A DNA stretch of 63,418 nt, counting the filler, from Folioceros fuciformis (lineage: Eukaryota), in NCBI GenBank assembly GCA_049999805.1. It is 10 parts of 10 records of this genome, joined end to end, with 100 filler letters (N's around TTAATTAATTAA, not from the genome) between each part and the next. Parts side by side here need not be neighbours in the genome. Positions count along the whole stretch, not along the records: positions 23,727 to 26,587 come from JBNGIO010003540.1; positions 26,688 to 29,045 come from JBNGIO010003541.1; positions 29,146 to 32,558 come from JBNGIO010003542.1; positions 32,659 to 40,978 come from JBNGIO010003543.1; 6 more parts are not named here. One strand, given 5' to 3'. Each line of letters begins with the position of its first letter. Position 1 is the stretch's first letter. Below, piece after piece: positions 24,713-36,345 of the stretch. A program made the translations under genes and the position numbers. The notes beneath the pieces are model-generated. The model did not search any database and was not told the origin of the DNA. It saw only the letters and a list, made by a program, of their open reading frames with translations.

Positions 24713-25476
24713 TGAAAGTGCAAGTATGGAGCCCACAAAAGGGACAAGGTAGCGGGATGTAAGGAGCCCATCAAAAAATGCAAGTGTCGAAGGGAGGCAT
24801 ATGAAGTTGGTACTAGCAACTATTAGATCACTCTCATCTTGCCTTTGTTGCACATAGCTTTTGGTATACATGTCACCTATAACCGGGACAGTGCAACATG
24901 ATTTTACAACTTACCCAATGCCACCTAATGGCATCAATCCCTATAGATCTATAACAGACATATTAGTACCTTTTTTTGGCCTTGCTCGGGTTGTTCCTCT
25001 TATCTTTGGAGTAGATGGGACTTTCCATGTCTTTTTCAATAATAGAAAATAAATCCATAAGTGTTACTAGTCCTCTTCACACTATTTCTCTCTAGACCTT
25101 TGTTTCATCATGACCGGAATTTAGTTGCCTTGGTTGTATATTAGAAAATATATTTATCTCATCTATAGTCTAATAATAGTGGTGGCCATTATTTATGTGC
25201 CTTAGTTCGATATTGGAAACCATATTCATCTCATCTATGGTGGGACTATGATGTTGGTTATTATTTAAGTTACTATAGATATATTTTAGAAAATGTGTTC
25301 CCAAATCCTAATATTTTTAATATATGATATATCTCGCAGGCCAGGGTCCACAACATTGTGAAAGTGCAAGTACGGAGCCCACAAGAAGGTCAAGGTAGTG
25401 GGATGTAGGGAGCCCACCAAGAAACGTCAAAATGTCAAATGGAGGTGCGTGAAGTTTGGTACAAGCAAGCATTAGG
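24713..25476. repeat. Pair of diverged direct repeats of about 115 bp (24713-24826 and 25359-25476)
   Basis: TGAAAGTGCAAGTA(T/C)GGAGCCCACAA...GGGATGTA.GGAGCCCA...TGAAGTT..GGTAC in both. Confidence 0.75.
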
Positions 25477-26010
25477 TGAGGAGCACATGCGAAGGAAAGC
25501 GCAATCGGGTAGCCATGACCACGTTAATGTGTGAGCGGCCAAGTGGGCAGCTGGAGAGAATCATATCTCAGGCAATGAGGTCATGTACTTGGGGGTTGCA
25601 GGATGTGGATGTTATGCAAAGGGACGGCAGTCTCCTCCTTGCTTTCTCCTCCTCTCTGCACCTCTCATCCAGCACTGGCAACCGGGAAAGAAACAAAAGC
25701 AGGCCCCGCCGTGGCTGTGTTTGCTACGGAGTGTTGTCCACCCCACACAGCACCGGCAACGGCCGTGTCCACCCACAAACCAGAGATGAAACCTGAGTGG
25801 AAGAGTGGGTTCTGACGTCAGGGAGTGGACAGTGGGTCATATTATACAAGCAGTAGACAGGTGGACGTGACCCTCAGGACTCCCAGGCTTCCGTCATGGT
25901 ACGTCATGTCTATCAATGTCGGCATCAGATGTTGAGTGGGTGCCAAATGTGATCTCATATCCCTTATCCTCTGCTCCGATCAGCCTAGGTACAGTGCAGT
26001 ATGTAGTCTG

Positions 26011-26587
26011 CTAGCCCTTTTTCTCCTCGGCTTTTGGCTCCTCCTTCTTCTCNNNNNNNNNNNNNNNNNNNNNNNNNNNNNNNNNNNNNNNNNNNNNNNN
26101 NNNNNNNNNNNNNNNNNNNNNNNNNNNNNNNNNNNNNNNNNNNNNNNNNNNNTGGTGGTGGTGGAGGGATGACGGTCACTCTCGTCTTGCCTTTGTTGCA
26201 CAGCTTGATGAGCATGTCACCTGTAACTGTCTCGCTTTGCACCACAATTTTACGATTCGCCCAATCCCACTTGATGGCGTCAATCCCTGAAGATCGAACT
26301 GCAAACTCATTTGACACACGTCGTATGGAACGTAGGTCCCAAAGCAAAATCTGAATGCAATCTGACCTGCACAATGGTGGAGCTTCTTCTTCACAGTCCG
26401 GTCGCATCCCTCACAGCACACAGTGACTTTGAGCTCCACAGTCTGGAACATGTAGCTCGTTGATCTCAGCTGAAGCGACATAGATCTATGAGCCAATTGC
26501 TAAGAATTCCAACGTTTTTCAACAGACCTTCGGGGGAGGTGGAGGTGGAGGAGGATCCTTTTTCTCCTCCTCCTTCTTCTCTTCCTT
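26011..26587 (-). CDS. Heavy-metal-associated (HMA) domain protein, HPP/HIPP-like; 5' end lost in the gap
   Basis: Exons <26587-26528, 26442-26367, 26286-26011 with GT-AG introns. KTVELKVTVCCEGCDRTVKKKL...GIDAIKWD...KIVV, Pro- and EK-rich flanks. Stop assignment crosses an N gap. Confidence 0.8.
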
Positions 26588-26920
26588 NNNNNNNNNNNNN
26601 NNNNNNNNNNNNNNNNNNNNNNNNNNNNNNNTTAATTAATTAANNNNNNNNNNNNNNNNNNNNNNNNNNNNNNNNNNNNNNNNNNNNCAAGGACGTCCAG
26701 CCACCCCCAGACACTTGGTCTGGCCACCGATTCGCCCAAAGTACCATGGTCCAAGGAGACTTTGGGTATAAATACCCAAGTCTTATTCACAGGCTATGCC
26801 GTTTCACTTGCACTTCCACAAAAAAATCAAAATCCACCAAATCTGTCACTCAAAAAGGGGTTCGCGGATATTTTTTTCCTCTACACAACAGCATGTGATC
26901 CGATAGGTAGTTTTGCTTCT

Positions 26921-27087
26921 TATGCTGCAAGAAGCATAAGAGCCATTTGGCAAGACCCATGTTGCAAGAAGCATAAGAGCCAGTTGGCAAGACCCATGCT
27001 GCAAGAAGCATAAGAGCCATTTGGCAAGACNNNNNNNNNNAAGACCCATGCTGCAAGAAGCATAAGAGCCATTTGGCAAGACCCATG
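26921..27087. repeat. 37-bp tandem minisatellite (at least 4 copies, gap inside)
   Basis: GCAAGAAGCATAAGAGCCATTTGGCAAGACCCATGCT at 26927, 26964, 27001, 27053. Confidence 0.9.
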
Positions 27088-27947
27088 AGTTGAGCTGACA
27101 ACATCTCCCATGCCAGCCAGCCGTTGGCCTCCCTTCCTATCCCCGACTAGAACAGGGTTGTCGCCGTTGCTACCGTGCTACGATTCCTCAGAGACTCAAT
27201 TATGAGTCTGCCAGCCTCCTCCTTGCTGCTCCCATATACCGCTCTTACCAACCCCAAATCCCAGTTCCGTGGTCTACCCCTGATACCTTCCATTAACGTC
27301 CTGCCTCACAGCTGCTGTGCACACTCCTGTACCACGGCTTGGGTTCACGTAATTCCATCATTTCGTCATGAACCCAAGTCCTAGCTCTTCCACCAGCCCA
27401 CCTGCCCGAGCCTTCCAGTAGTCCATGTTGGGCCAGAGCGCAACCTTGATGTGTACCATGGGTCCAAGTGTGCCGTTTCTGCACAATTCTACAAGTGTTA
27501 GCTCAACGGCTATTCCCTCCATTTGTCTCTGCTCCAGGGTTAACCTGTGCACCGCCACCACTTCCTATTCTACGCCTCACAACCTCACACTTCCTCGAGC
27601 CTATCGGGGAATCGCTACAAGCCCGTGTTCGCTGCTCCCTCTCTGTTCGCTGTGCTTCGCCTGTACGCCCGCTCCTTGTCTGCCAAGTTCGCTCCCCGAC
27701 GCCGCTTCTATTGTGGTTGCACTCCACTTTGAAAATACTCCTTGACATTTTGGTCCTCACTTAGGGTGTCCAATCGTCCACGAGCGTTATGGTTTCCACT
27801 ACCTCTCCCAGCTTCCGCTACCGGTTGCCCCTTCCGCGACCATCATCGAGCTTTGGCTACCTCCCTTCTCAGCCTAAGTCCATAGAAAATGATGTCCTAC
27901 TCCAAAGATGACCCCAATCACAAACTGACTCTATAGCTATGGGGGCC

Positions 27948-28733
27948 TGTGGTGGCAAAACCCCATGCACTGTTTGCCAATGGGTTCAACCTTTAGTGGC
28001 CACACTTATCCCACTGTCGTTGAGACATTGGGTTTCGTTCCCACGAAGGAGCGATGGGTTCCTAGTTGCTTTGGATGGAGGGTTGGACTCAACCGACTCA
28101 ATGACGGATTTGAGGGCTCCCCTCCAGCTCCGATCAGGCGTGGGACATTCCTCGCTGTCCAGCAGTCAATTGCACGTCTCTCGGTGCCCAGAAACTCAGT
28201 CCAGTCACTAAAACGACCCTAACTTCTCAAATCTGCAACTTCCCTCACTTCACTTCACTCACTCACTCACTCCAGCACCAGCAACAACCAGCAACCAGCA
28301 ATGACACCACTACCTTCTACGCTTCCCTATGGACTCCCCCTACCCGGCAAGAGTCACTAAAAAAACCCCGAAGAAAAGCATGTCGCCACCCACGATCCTA
28401 CCAGACACCATGCAAGCACGGTCGGCACTCACTCCAACCTTGCGAGGAAATGAAAGTGAAAGATTATGGGGACACGACACGGAGAGCACGATCAAGAATT
28501 AAAAGGGACCCCGCCCTTAATCCTAGCCACCACTTCTCAAAGCTTTACTAGACGCTGGACACATGCACAGCCAGAGCCTCTCTCTCTCTAACTTCACCTC
28601 TCTCTCGCTTGAGAAATATTATTTTAATAGGACCACTAGCCTAGCCGGCCGTCACCAGCCACTTATTTAGACTTTCCTAGCACATCATGCCACCAATGAG
28701 TTGGCCCTACAACCTGCCGACCCTACCACCACA
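27948..28733 (-). mobile_element. Complete LTR (786 bp), family X copy 1, probably a 3' LTR
   Basis: TGTGGTGG...CCACCACA termini; homologous to 29146-29345 and 57129-58220. On the minus strand: purine-rich TTTAAGAGGTGGTAGATAC just before the LTR, TATA-like motif then a (GA)n tract. Confidence 0.7.
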
Positions 28734-29145
28734 AGTATCTACCACCTCTTAAACTACCCTAAGACTTTGAAGGATGCCTGATCTTCAAAGTTCTTACGGA
28801 TGTCGCCTCTTCTTTGCTGAATGGTCGCCCGCAAAGCCTTCCCCTGCAACTGTTCCTCCTTGGTGGCTGAGCCTGCCTGCACGGGAGGAGTATGAGCAGT
28901 GGGAGAAGATAGGGAAGAGGCGGGAAGGAGTGGGATCAGCAGCTGGAACCGGGCCTAAAAACGGTAGGTTATTCAGTAGAATTAGCTTCCAGCTGAGCTG
29001 GTTTCTCGGCCATGGAATACTGACCCCGGGGTGCTGGGACAGGCCNNNNNNNNNNNNNNNNNNNNNNNNNNNNNNNNNNNNNNNNNNNNTTAATTAATTA
29101 ANNNNNNNNNNNNNNNNNNNNNNNNNNNNNNNNNNNNNNNNNNNN

Positions 29146-29345
29146 GTCCTACGCCTGATCGGAGCTGGAGGGGAGCCCTCGAATCCGTCATCGAGTCGAT
29201 CAAGTCCGACCCTCCATCCACAGCAGCAAGGAACCCCATCGCTCCTTCGTGGGAACGAAACCCAATGTCTCAACGACAGTGGGATAAGTGTGGCCACTAA
29301 AGGTGGAACCTGTCGGCAATCAGTGCCCGGGGTTTTGCCTCCACA
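29146..29345 (+). mobile_element. LTR 3' end, family X copy 2, inserted in a copia pol
   Basis: Near-identical to 58021-58220; ends GGTTTTGCCTCCACA directly against copia coding sequence. Confidence 0.8.
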
Positions 29346-31866
29346 CAATGGGTCTCACCAAAGGAGAGGAAGGAGAATAATGAAAACTAATATATTCATC
29401 ATCATCAAAAGGTGTAGCCGCATAATTATCATCGGGGACGTAGACTGGAGATCTAGAGCCTGCCGGTGATAAAAGGGGAGACTCATGAAAGGTAACGCTC
29501 CTTGCGTATATGAGTCGTTTGGTAGTTGGATCAATTAATTTATATCCTTTAATACCTTCGGTATAACCAATGAAGGTATACTTGGCAGCCTTATCATCTA
29601 ACTTTTTGCGCTGTGATTTAGGGATATAAACATATGCATCACAGCCAAATATTCGAAGATGATCGATGGAAGGTTTTCTGCCAGTAAGTGCTTCATATGG
29701 GGTCATGCCTTTAACTGCTGAAGTTGGAAGTCGGTTGATAATATAGGTTGCTGTTATCATTGCTTCAGCCCAATATAATTTTGGTAACCTTGCTTGGGTG
29801 AGTAGGCAACCTGTGACTTCTTGAAGGCGGAGATTCTTGTTCTCGGCTACGCCATTTTGTTGGGGTGTATACACCACCGTTAGTTGTTGAGCAATGCCTT
29901 GTGCTCGACAAAAGTCGGTAAAAGCATTGGAAGTGAACTCGCCACCATTATCTGAACGAAGTGTCTTGAGTTTCTTCTCAGTAAGTCTCTCCGCCCACAT
30001 TATATAGTCTTTGAAGTGTTGAAAAGCTTCACTCTTATGTCTAAGAGTATATGTTGTTGTGAAGCGGGAGAAATCATCAATGAAAGTAAGAAAATATCTG
30101 CAACCACTAAAGGATGGTGCAGATATTGGGCCGCAAATATCTGTGTGAACTAANNNNNNNNNNNNNNNNNNNNNNNNNNNNNNNNNNNNNNNNNNNNNNN
30201 NNNNNNNNNNNNNNNNNNNNNNNNNNNNNNNNNNNNNNNNNNNNNNNNNNNNNACTACACAAGATTCACACCATGATAGAGGTTCTATCTTTGTAAGGGA
30301 AGGGTTTCTATAAAGATTTCCCTTTGACATTTGTACTAGTTTTTGGCTATTAGGATGACCTAACCTACAATGCCAAAGAACTGTTGTATTTGAAGTGTGA
30401 GAATTTTGAGAGGCAATATGTATTCTATCTTGTGTTGTTCCCACTCGGACAGACAGTTTGTATAATCCGTCCTCTAAAGTGCCTGAGCAGAGAATTAGTG
30501 AATCACTTGGAAAGTAAGAGATGAGACAACTATCTGCATCTAAAATAACTTGTAAGTTATGTTGTGAACATAAACTAGCGGCTGACACTAAGTTTTTACA
30601 CATGGATGGTACATGAAGGACATTTAAAAGAGAAAGAATTTGACCTGAAGAACATCTGAGAGCGACTGTACCTACACCAGAGATGGGAAGGTTATGGTCA
30701 TCACCCAGTAGGACAGTCTGGTGTCCGGATACTGGTGAATAGGACTCAAAAGAGTTTCTGCTGTGACAGATGTGTGATGTAGCTCCACTGTCCAAGTACC
30801 AATTTGGATTTGTTGACTTTGATGATGTCAAACATACAGTGAGAGCTGATGGTGTTGTGGAAGATTGTTTCTTCACGGCAACATGTGCTCCAGGTGGGGC
30901 CTCCTTTCTAGGCTCACCATTTTTCTTCTTGTAACAGTCCTTCTCCATATGATTTGGAATTCTGCACCAATTGCAAATAATGCCTTTCTTCTTGGTACCT
31001 TTAGCAGGTGTTGAAGAAGAAGTCTCTCGACTTCGAGAGTTGTCATTGGAAGTCTGGGGTCGTTGTGAAGCTGAACCTCGGCCTCTGCCTCGTCCTCTTC
31101 CAGTGCCCCTTCCAGTGAACATCACCTGTTGTTTATTGGTTCTGGAGTGTCGCCGACTTGATTCCTCTTGCATCAATGCTCCTATGAGCTCGGCGATACT
31201 GAGCTTAATTTCTGCTTGTGGATTCTCATCTGCCTCACGTCGTGCATTACGGAGTACAGCATTTTGAGTTGTAACAAAAGCTCTATAAGAAGGTGGTAAA
31301 GAAGATAAAAGGATAACATATGCTTCCAACTCGTGGACAGGAATACCACTTGCAGCCTCAAGTTGAGATCGTGCTAGTCGGAAATTGCTTATATGACGTT
31401 CAATAGAATCAGATTCTTTCATGTTGAGGTTGCGGAAATTACGGGAGGCAGCGACGATACTCATTACATCCATTGAGGAGTAAAGTTGGGCAAGGTGAAT
31501 CCACATGTCGTGGGAGGTCTTTGCATGACCTACTTGTATCACCATTTGCTCAGAAAGTCCACTGATAATAAGGTCTTGTGCCTTCTCGTCCCTGACATCC
31601 CAGGAACTTCGAAGATGTGATTCAAAACCTCCAGTGGGTCTGGGAAGTCTTCCATCGACTATCTCCCAGAGATCGCGCTGTCGCAAGGCTCCCTTCATCC
31701 GTATGGCCCAAACATAATAATTTCTTCCATTGAATCTGTCCTTCTCTTTAAAGCTGTCACCAAAATGAGTAATCATTGTTTTATTAGAATTCCCTGAGGA
31801 ATTGTTCAAGGGATTGTTTGGTGACGTTGAAATTTCTTCTTCTTCTGTATTGGATACTCCAGCCAT
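29346..31866 (-). CDS. Copia Gag-Pol polyprotein, truncated after integrase
   Basis: FNGRNYYVW, zinc knuckle CNWCRIPNHMEKDC, protease WYLDSGATSH, WHCRLGH, integrase HTDICGP/DDFSR/LRSDNGGEF/QQNGVAE. Confidence 0.93.
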
Positions 31867-32234
31867 AGCAGGTGATTTGGAGGGCTAAGCCTCCAGAGTG
31901 CAGCTTTCCATTTTTTCTCTTGCAAGATTGAAATTTCTTCCTGACGCGGTAACCATTATAGGCTTTGCGTGTTGTTGTTGTCTTGCAGGGCAATCTCTTT
32001 TCCCAATTCTAGGCTTCCTCCAACTAAGGGAAATTAAATCCATGAAGAGAGGAAGAAGAATTAGTGCATATAAAGCATTATTGGAAAAGAGACATTTGCA
32101 TAAGGAGAAAACATAAAAGAGCAACAATTATAGAAGAAATACAATCCATCTAGCAAGATGCTAGATTGGAAAGATGTCTCCTACATGCGCTCCTTAGATG
32201 CTTGAAGCTGTAATTGCATGATAGAGAGCAAAAT

Positions 32235-32246
32235 GCTCTGATACCA
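32235..32246 (-). promoter_or_regulatory. Primer-binding site, tRNA-iMet
   Basis: TGGTATCAGAGC immediately after the LTR-terminal CA. Confidence 0.92.
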
Positions 32247-32514
32247 TGATGAGAATCAATAGCAATTAGATAGAAGAGAAACAATAGAATAATGTTAATA
32301 AGTAAAGTACAAGCCTTTAAATAGGCTGGGTGGTTGGGTAGTTACAACAATATATTGTTGTAACCATAAGTGGTTGCAACCATAAGTTGTTGTAACTATA
32401 AGTTGTTGTAACAACTAACTACTTTAAGCCCTAGCAATTTAATAATGTTTAATTAATATGGCCCTAATGAATAGTGCCCTAAGCTAGCCCTATTCTAGCT
32501 CTATTTTATCAACA
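32247..32514 (-). repeat. Copia 5' LTR (268 bp)
   Basis: TG...CA termini, adjacent PBS, short internal CATAAGTTGTTGTAAC-like repeats. Confidence 0.85.
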
Positions 32515-32799
32515 TTTGCATTTTCAAGGGTCTCCTTGATAATGACTTGTATTGCCTTNNNNNNNNNNNNNNNNNNNNNNNNNNNNNNNNNNNNNNNNNN
32601 NNTTAATTAATTAANNNNNNNNNNNNNNNNNNNNNNNNNNNNNNNNNNNNNNNNNNNNCTTTATTTACGCTAATTTCATATTTATTTTGTTATGTGAGTA
32701 GGAATTTTGTTTAAAAAATAAATTTTGGAGATATTGGTTTTCTAGCCATGAAGGCTTCACATTTTGTAGCCTTCCATGACACCTGGCCATCTCTTTCTC

Positions 32800-32925
32800 T
32801 AGAACTAACCCATTTTTGGTTCCGACCAAAGTTAGAAGTAACCCAACTCTGGTTCCGATCAAAGTTAGAACAAATCCAACTCTGGTTCGAACCAAAGTTA
32901 AAACTAACCCAACTCTGATTCCGCA
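32800..32925. repeat. 33-bp tandem repeat, about 3.7 copies
   Basis: AACCCAACTCTGGTTCCGACCAAAGTTAGAAGT-like units. Confidence 0.85.
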
Positions 32926-32975
32926 ACTTTGGCTCATGGGCCATCTCCATTCCGATTTTGTGGACTCGGTCTCTA

Positions 32976-33046
32976 TATTTTTATCTACATGTGGTCTCTA
33001 TGTTTTTATCTACATGTGGTCTCTTTTTTTTTATCTACATGTGGTC
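32976..33046. repeat. About 26-bp tandem repeat running into a gap
   Basis: TTTTATCTACATGTGGTCTC x3. Confidence 0.8.
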
Positions 33047-35112
33047 NNNNNNNNNNNNNNNNNNNNNNNNNNNNNNNNNNNNNNNNNNNNNNNNNNNNNN
33101 NNNNNNNNNNNNNNNNNNNNNNNNNNNNNNNNNNNNNNNNNNNNNNGCTAGTCCTTACTAGATATGCACTCGCATGCGCTATTACTTTGCCGGCTTTAGT
33201 CTTGATAATGATTGAATTATCCTCGTACGTTTTAAGCAAGTCTGTGGTGGAAAGTGCCGGCTTATGTCGGGGCGAAACTGTTTGGCGACTGACCCTTCAG
33301 AGGGGAGAATGTAGCACGAAGACAAGCGATCAAGGATAAACATCAAAGAAGAGCACAGGGAGTGGTTCCCGACTTCCGAGCACCAGACACCCCGTGCTCT
33401 TCTTTGCTGCTTGTCGTTGCTGGCTTTCTCGCGTTCTCAACCTCCTCGACCTGTTTCATTTCTCAAGCTTGCAGTGCCAGGGGCTTCGAGAACGCGCCTG
33501 GCTGTGGTTGAGGACGGCGACAGGTACCTTGACATCAGTGTTGCCATGGCCGATTTCTTCCCTCGTCGTGAAGTTGTGGCAGCCTGTGGCGCCGTGCTCC
33601 CGTGACAGACAACTTCAAACAGATGCGCACGACCGCACAGACAGTAATCGACAATCCGGAAAGCTTACCTGCAATCAATTTTACGATGATCACAGCTTCT
33701 AACATGTCCGGAATTTGGATCGAGACCTAGGTCGCAATATCCGACTCGCAAAGGCTGGTCGCTGGTAGCCGCGCAGCACGGCGATGTGTCAAGTTTCAAC
33801 CGCCTGACTTTGCTGCGAATCGGTGGATCCTCGGCCTGCGGTGGAACAACACGGTGCGCACTCTCAGCCGACTGATCCTCAAGTCCAGATTCAAAACCTA
33901 AGGAAAGCAAGAAAGAAGGTCGCGGCGATGGTGAGAGTGTGAGAGACTGAAACGCACAAGAAGCTTGCAATTACGTCACAAGACGAAATAGGATCTCACA
34001 CTGCAGGAGGAGCTCCAGGTGCATTCGGGAAGAAGATTCTGTCAGACAACAAGTATACAATCGGATGGATCCTCAAGACTGGTTGAAGCCTTCACGGCAG
34101 TTGGAAAGGTGCAAACAAGGACGACGAGCTCCACATTCCATACGACAGGCGAGCGGCACCGGCCGGCCGCCATCTAACGTATCGACGGCCCCAGGAGAAG
34201 AAGACGTGGAAGAAAACGAAGGTGTTACAGTGGAGCCAACGACACTGTCCGAGCAAGAACTGTTTCAGTAGAGCAATGAAGGTGTCCGAGCATCCGCCAT
34301 CCAGCAGGGCATCGTCCCAAAGTCTATCTATCTCACTAGGAGCTGGTGGCAATGCGCGTACAAACGTGTGGACGAGCGGGGAAGCCGACTAGTACTACAA
34401 GGTGTACTACACTCCGAAGGTCGCGTCGGTCGGGAGCAAGTCCCCGCATGTTGCGAGCCGGCAGTACAAGCCCCGAAAAAAGAAAATTCTCATTTCAAGT
34501 GAAACTGAGGGCGATATGGGGGACCAAAGTAGAGTTCAGTCAATATATAGAATCTCACAGTTAACAACAGCCGGTAAACGTAAACTGTCAGTACAACCTG
34601 AAATGGGTAGGGGCGGCCCCTGAACCTGTCTCCAACTCTGGGAACTGGCCGCGATGGAGACCTGCCCGCCGCGAGGTGCTATATATGTGAAGTGCCACAG
34701 GTCTGCTGTGCCGGGCTGATGAGGAGCGCACAATTCTTGGAGCCCAGGTCTCTACAGATCGGTAGCGGCAGGCTGGCGGATGACAGGCTCGACACCCGCT
34801 TCAACTGCCGGCAGATGTGAGGGGTCCGAGACTAGCTGCAACTTCTTCCTCGAGAGCTCCGTAGTGTGGAGCGTCGAATGAAGTGGAAGGCTCAATCTTG
34901 CTGGATTTTCGGGGGTGAGATGGCATGCGCTGGACTGTCTCGTTCTCAAAGTGTGTCGTGGCATTTGCAGAGGAGAATCGTTGTGTGGCGGATCTGCGGG
35001 CAGAATCGCTTGGTCGTAGCTTGCGGCAGCTGAGGGTGTTGTTGAGGTTGGAGAGGAGTTAGTTATAACTTCGTTTCTCAGAGGTTGAAGTGCGGATTTC
35101 AGTCGGGTGGAA

Positions 35113-36345
35113 ATGAGGATGGCGAGGGCGTATTTGCTGCTGATTCTGGCGGTGGCGCTCTTAATTCATGTTTTTGCGCCTGCTGCTGTGAGCGCGCATG
35201 GTGGCGGAGGTGACGGTGCCGAGGATGATGAACATGCGCCAGATCTGAGGGCGAAGAACCTGATTCTGGTTAAAGTGTATTGCCTCATTATCGTGTTCTT
35301 TGCTACCTTCTTCGGAGGTATTTCACCGTACTACCTGCGGTGGGACGAGACATTTTTGCTCCTGGGAACGCAGTTTGCGGGTGGTGTGTTTCTTGCTACT
35401 GCCATGATTCATTTCCTGGGAGATGCCAATTCCACCTTCGAAGAGCGGACCACGAAAAGCTACCCTTTCGCGTTCATGTTGGCCGTTGCCGGTTACCTCC
35501 TCACGATGTTAGGGGACGTGGTGATTCAGGGAGTTTATGGCAGATCGGCTAACACGGAGCCCAAGAGACGTGATCCTGATCTGGAGAGTAGCAACAAACA
35601 AGGTAGAACAGATTTCAACCTCGTTCACTTCTGGCAGGTTGCTTTGCGTGTTCTCTATTGATTCCGTGTGCGGTTTGACTGGTCTCAACTACACAGCGTG
35701 GCAGGAATTTAAGGATGGGGGGTTTTGCAGGTGCGGATGAGGAAGGAGCACAAGTTGTCCCTTTCGTACTCGCGAAGAAAACATCGTTTGGTGATACATT
35801 GCTCCTGATTCTGGCTCTCTGCTTTCATTCGGTGTTTGAGGGCATCGCCATCGGCGTTGCAGGTGAGATGGAAGCCACATCTTGTGATCCGCTTTATATG
35901 CAAGCTCCAGAACATCGAGGCTAAGGCCGAATCGGATGTTGAACTCGCAGGAAGCCAGGCAGATGCTTGGAAGGCGCTGTGGACAGTCAGTCTTCACAAA
36001 GTATTTGCCGCAATTGCAATGGGGATTGCACTCCTGCAGATGTTGCCAAACCGCCCCCTGCTGTTTTGTGCCCTCTACTCCTTCGCATTTGCCATATCCA
36101 CGCCGGTTGGAGTGGCGATCGGAATTATCATCGATTCCACCACGCAGGGAAACACGGCGGACTGGATATTTGCAATCTCTATGGGTTTGGCGTGCGGTGT
36201 CTTTATTTACGTCGCCATCAACCACCTGCTTGCAAAGGGCTACATCCCCCAACAACACTTGGCCTTCGATACACCCTTCTACAAATTCCTGGCTGTAACT
36301 TTTGGTTGTGCTCTTATTGCAGTGGTTCTCATCTGGGACACCTAA
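35113..36345 (+). CDS. ZIP-family zinc/metal transporter, ZIP2/ZIP11-like, 3 exons
   Basis: Exons 35113-35602, 35731-35862, 35951-36345 (GT-AG). Signal peptide, [36 protein letters not shown], terminal IWDT. Confidence 0.95.

Larger units (their letters stand above)
29346..32514 (-). mobile_element. Ty1/copia retrotransposon, 5' half (LTR, PBS, gag-protease-integrase)
   Basis: 5' LTR 32514-32247 (TGTTGA..TCATCA), PBS 32246-32235, gag-pol ORF from 31866. Confidence 0.95.

Noticed and set aside
26921..27087. 37-bp repeats as a CRISPR array
   Set aside because: Units are head-to-tail with no unique spacers, no cas genes are present, and the context is eukaryotic.
26011..36345. Metal-homeostasis cluster (HMA plus ZIP)
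   Set aside because: Three artificial joins lie between the two genes.
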